Origin: Azolla caroliniana
Taxonomy: Eukaryota; Plantae; Polypodiophyta
NCBI GenBank assembly: GCA_043228905.1
Contig: JBHGNT010000014.1
Location: forward strand, 18,166,001-18,230,000
DNA length: 64,000 bases
Direction: 5' to 3'
The notes under the pieces were generated by a model. It saw only the letters and a program-made list of their open reading frames with translations. It made no database searches and had not been told where the DNA came from. Positions 62,473 to 64,000 of this stretch are shown here, piece by piece. The position numbers were made by a program, and so were the translations under genes. Position 1 is the stretch's first letter. Each line of letters begins with the position of its first letter.

Positions 62473-64000
62473 TTTGGAATGCAGGTATTTCATGCCAGAT
62501 GACTATGCAATTTGTTTTAAATTAGATTGTTTTATGTAGGCCAAAGGAAAATAAATTAAAAAACTAATATTGCTAGCTAAATCAATGTCATACGCCAATA
62601 TAGGAGTATTACATGGGCCATGGCGTTTAATGAGGAACCTATGTGACATTCATTTGTGTTTTCTTTGCATTCATGAAATTCCAAGAATAAGAGTTGACCA
62701 AAGAACATCATAACGTTATTGCTTGATTGCGTCAGTGACATACATCAATTGAGAGTGTCTGGCCTCCAGAATCTCCTATCCAGTCCATGAATTCATTGAC
62801 ATGGTCAAATTTGCTGTTGCAAGTGTATCAGAACTATATTGGATTGACTCTGTCACCATAGCCTTACTCCATTCTACCTCATCTATTCATAAGAGACACA
62901 AAAACCACTATCTGATAAGAGCTCACTGACGCCTTTCAAACAGTCTATGAAGGTTTTCAACAGCTCTTATGCACAATGAATCGTGATCAAAGCATACAAT
63001 TTTGAGATTGTTGTGTCAAAGGTGACAAAAGGCTTTGACATAGAAAATATGGCATCCATCTTGCTGTTGACGTGAACATTATAGTGTTGCATAGTTTTTC
63101 ATTGTTTTGTGCCACTTCACACAATGTTCTCAACCCCCCTGTCAAAACTCTGCATTCATGATAAGCTGATAAGAGATATACCCATTTCTTTTCTTTACAT
63201 CAGTCCATCAACCATACATAATGGAACGCCAACATTTTTTTACTGGCCTCAGTAAACGACCCCATGCTTTTTACTGCACTAGATTTGGTCATCTTGACCT
63301 CTGCAAATCATTGCTGATATTTTTTCCAGCCCGATGTTTCAATAAGAGTCTTTGTTCTTAGGAAAAACTCCCAAGTATCCCAAGCTTTTCTCTATTTCCC
63401 AAATGCTCCTTACTTTTACTTCCCATGATGGCCATGGTCTAACACCCAAAAAACCAATTATATGTTGAATAGTTTGACTTTGAGCAATTATATGGTGAAT
63501 TCGTCCCATTTCCCTCTATTTTGGGTGGTTGACCAACAACTGGGAGAAATAAAGAAAAATTTAGGTGTTTCTCAGTTGGTTTTGCTTTATTCTCTATCCA
63601 TCCAATTAGGAGCATATTGCATGATTGGTATTTTATTAGAGTTTCCCCATACACTTGTTTTTTTTGTTGATTTCGTGACATGTGCGTGTTTGCAGGAACT
63701 TCATAAAGACTTTGACGGAGAGAAAAGTGATGGCTTGCAATTTCAAGATGTACCAAGGACCAATCCGTGTGTGTCAATTTCCCTGTAAACAGATTTAAAT
63801 GCTCCAGAGAAATGGAATAAATGTTCATATACACATATGCTATAATCACTACGTCTCTCCACGTTTTTTTGGTGAAATAAGTGAACCAATGAAATAGGTT
63901 CAATACTTCAATTTAATAGAAAGCATTTTGTTTGATCTAGTTAATCGTTTAGTTTAATTTTGAGACTCTGGTGAGGGCTTCATGATGTCTCTCTCTTGTA

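Overview
Eukaryotic plant nuclear DNA, probably a fern, judged from the fern-type matK motif [13 protein letters not shown] and apparently unedited codons in a plastid insert. Three spliced genes can be reconstructed by hand. (1) A 28-exon ABCC1/ABCC2 (MRP)-type ABC transporter, 11493-36336 (+), about 1614 aa, with one GC-AG intron. (2) A nuclear poly(A)-binding protein (PABN/PABPN1), 38805-42932 (-), 222 aa, with a probable ~6 kb 5'UTR intron. (3) Mitochondrial complex II subunit SDH5, 53457-62472 (+), 236 aa. The first 10 kb is a nest of Ty1/copia elements, solo LTRs and a LINE remnant. Introns carry about 15 fragments of one RTE-like LINE with a (TTTC)n tail, and three copies of one copia family, each antisense to its host gene. 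SDH5 intron 1 holds a chimeric plastid insertion (matK + rps3 + rpl16). The most unusual signals are exon-derived degenerate repeats around ABCC exon 2, a copia with two PPTs bracketing an in-frame ~190-codon pol extension, TAG-for-CAG codons in the plastid insert, a duplicated splice acceptor before the PABN start codon, and a shared near-palindromic motif at both ends of the divergent PABN/SDH5 spacer. I found no convincing novel protein-coding system. All coordinates were read by eye and no searches were run.
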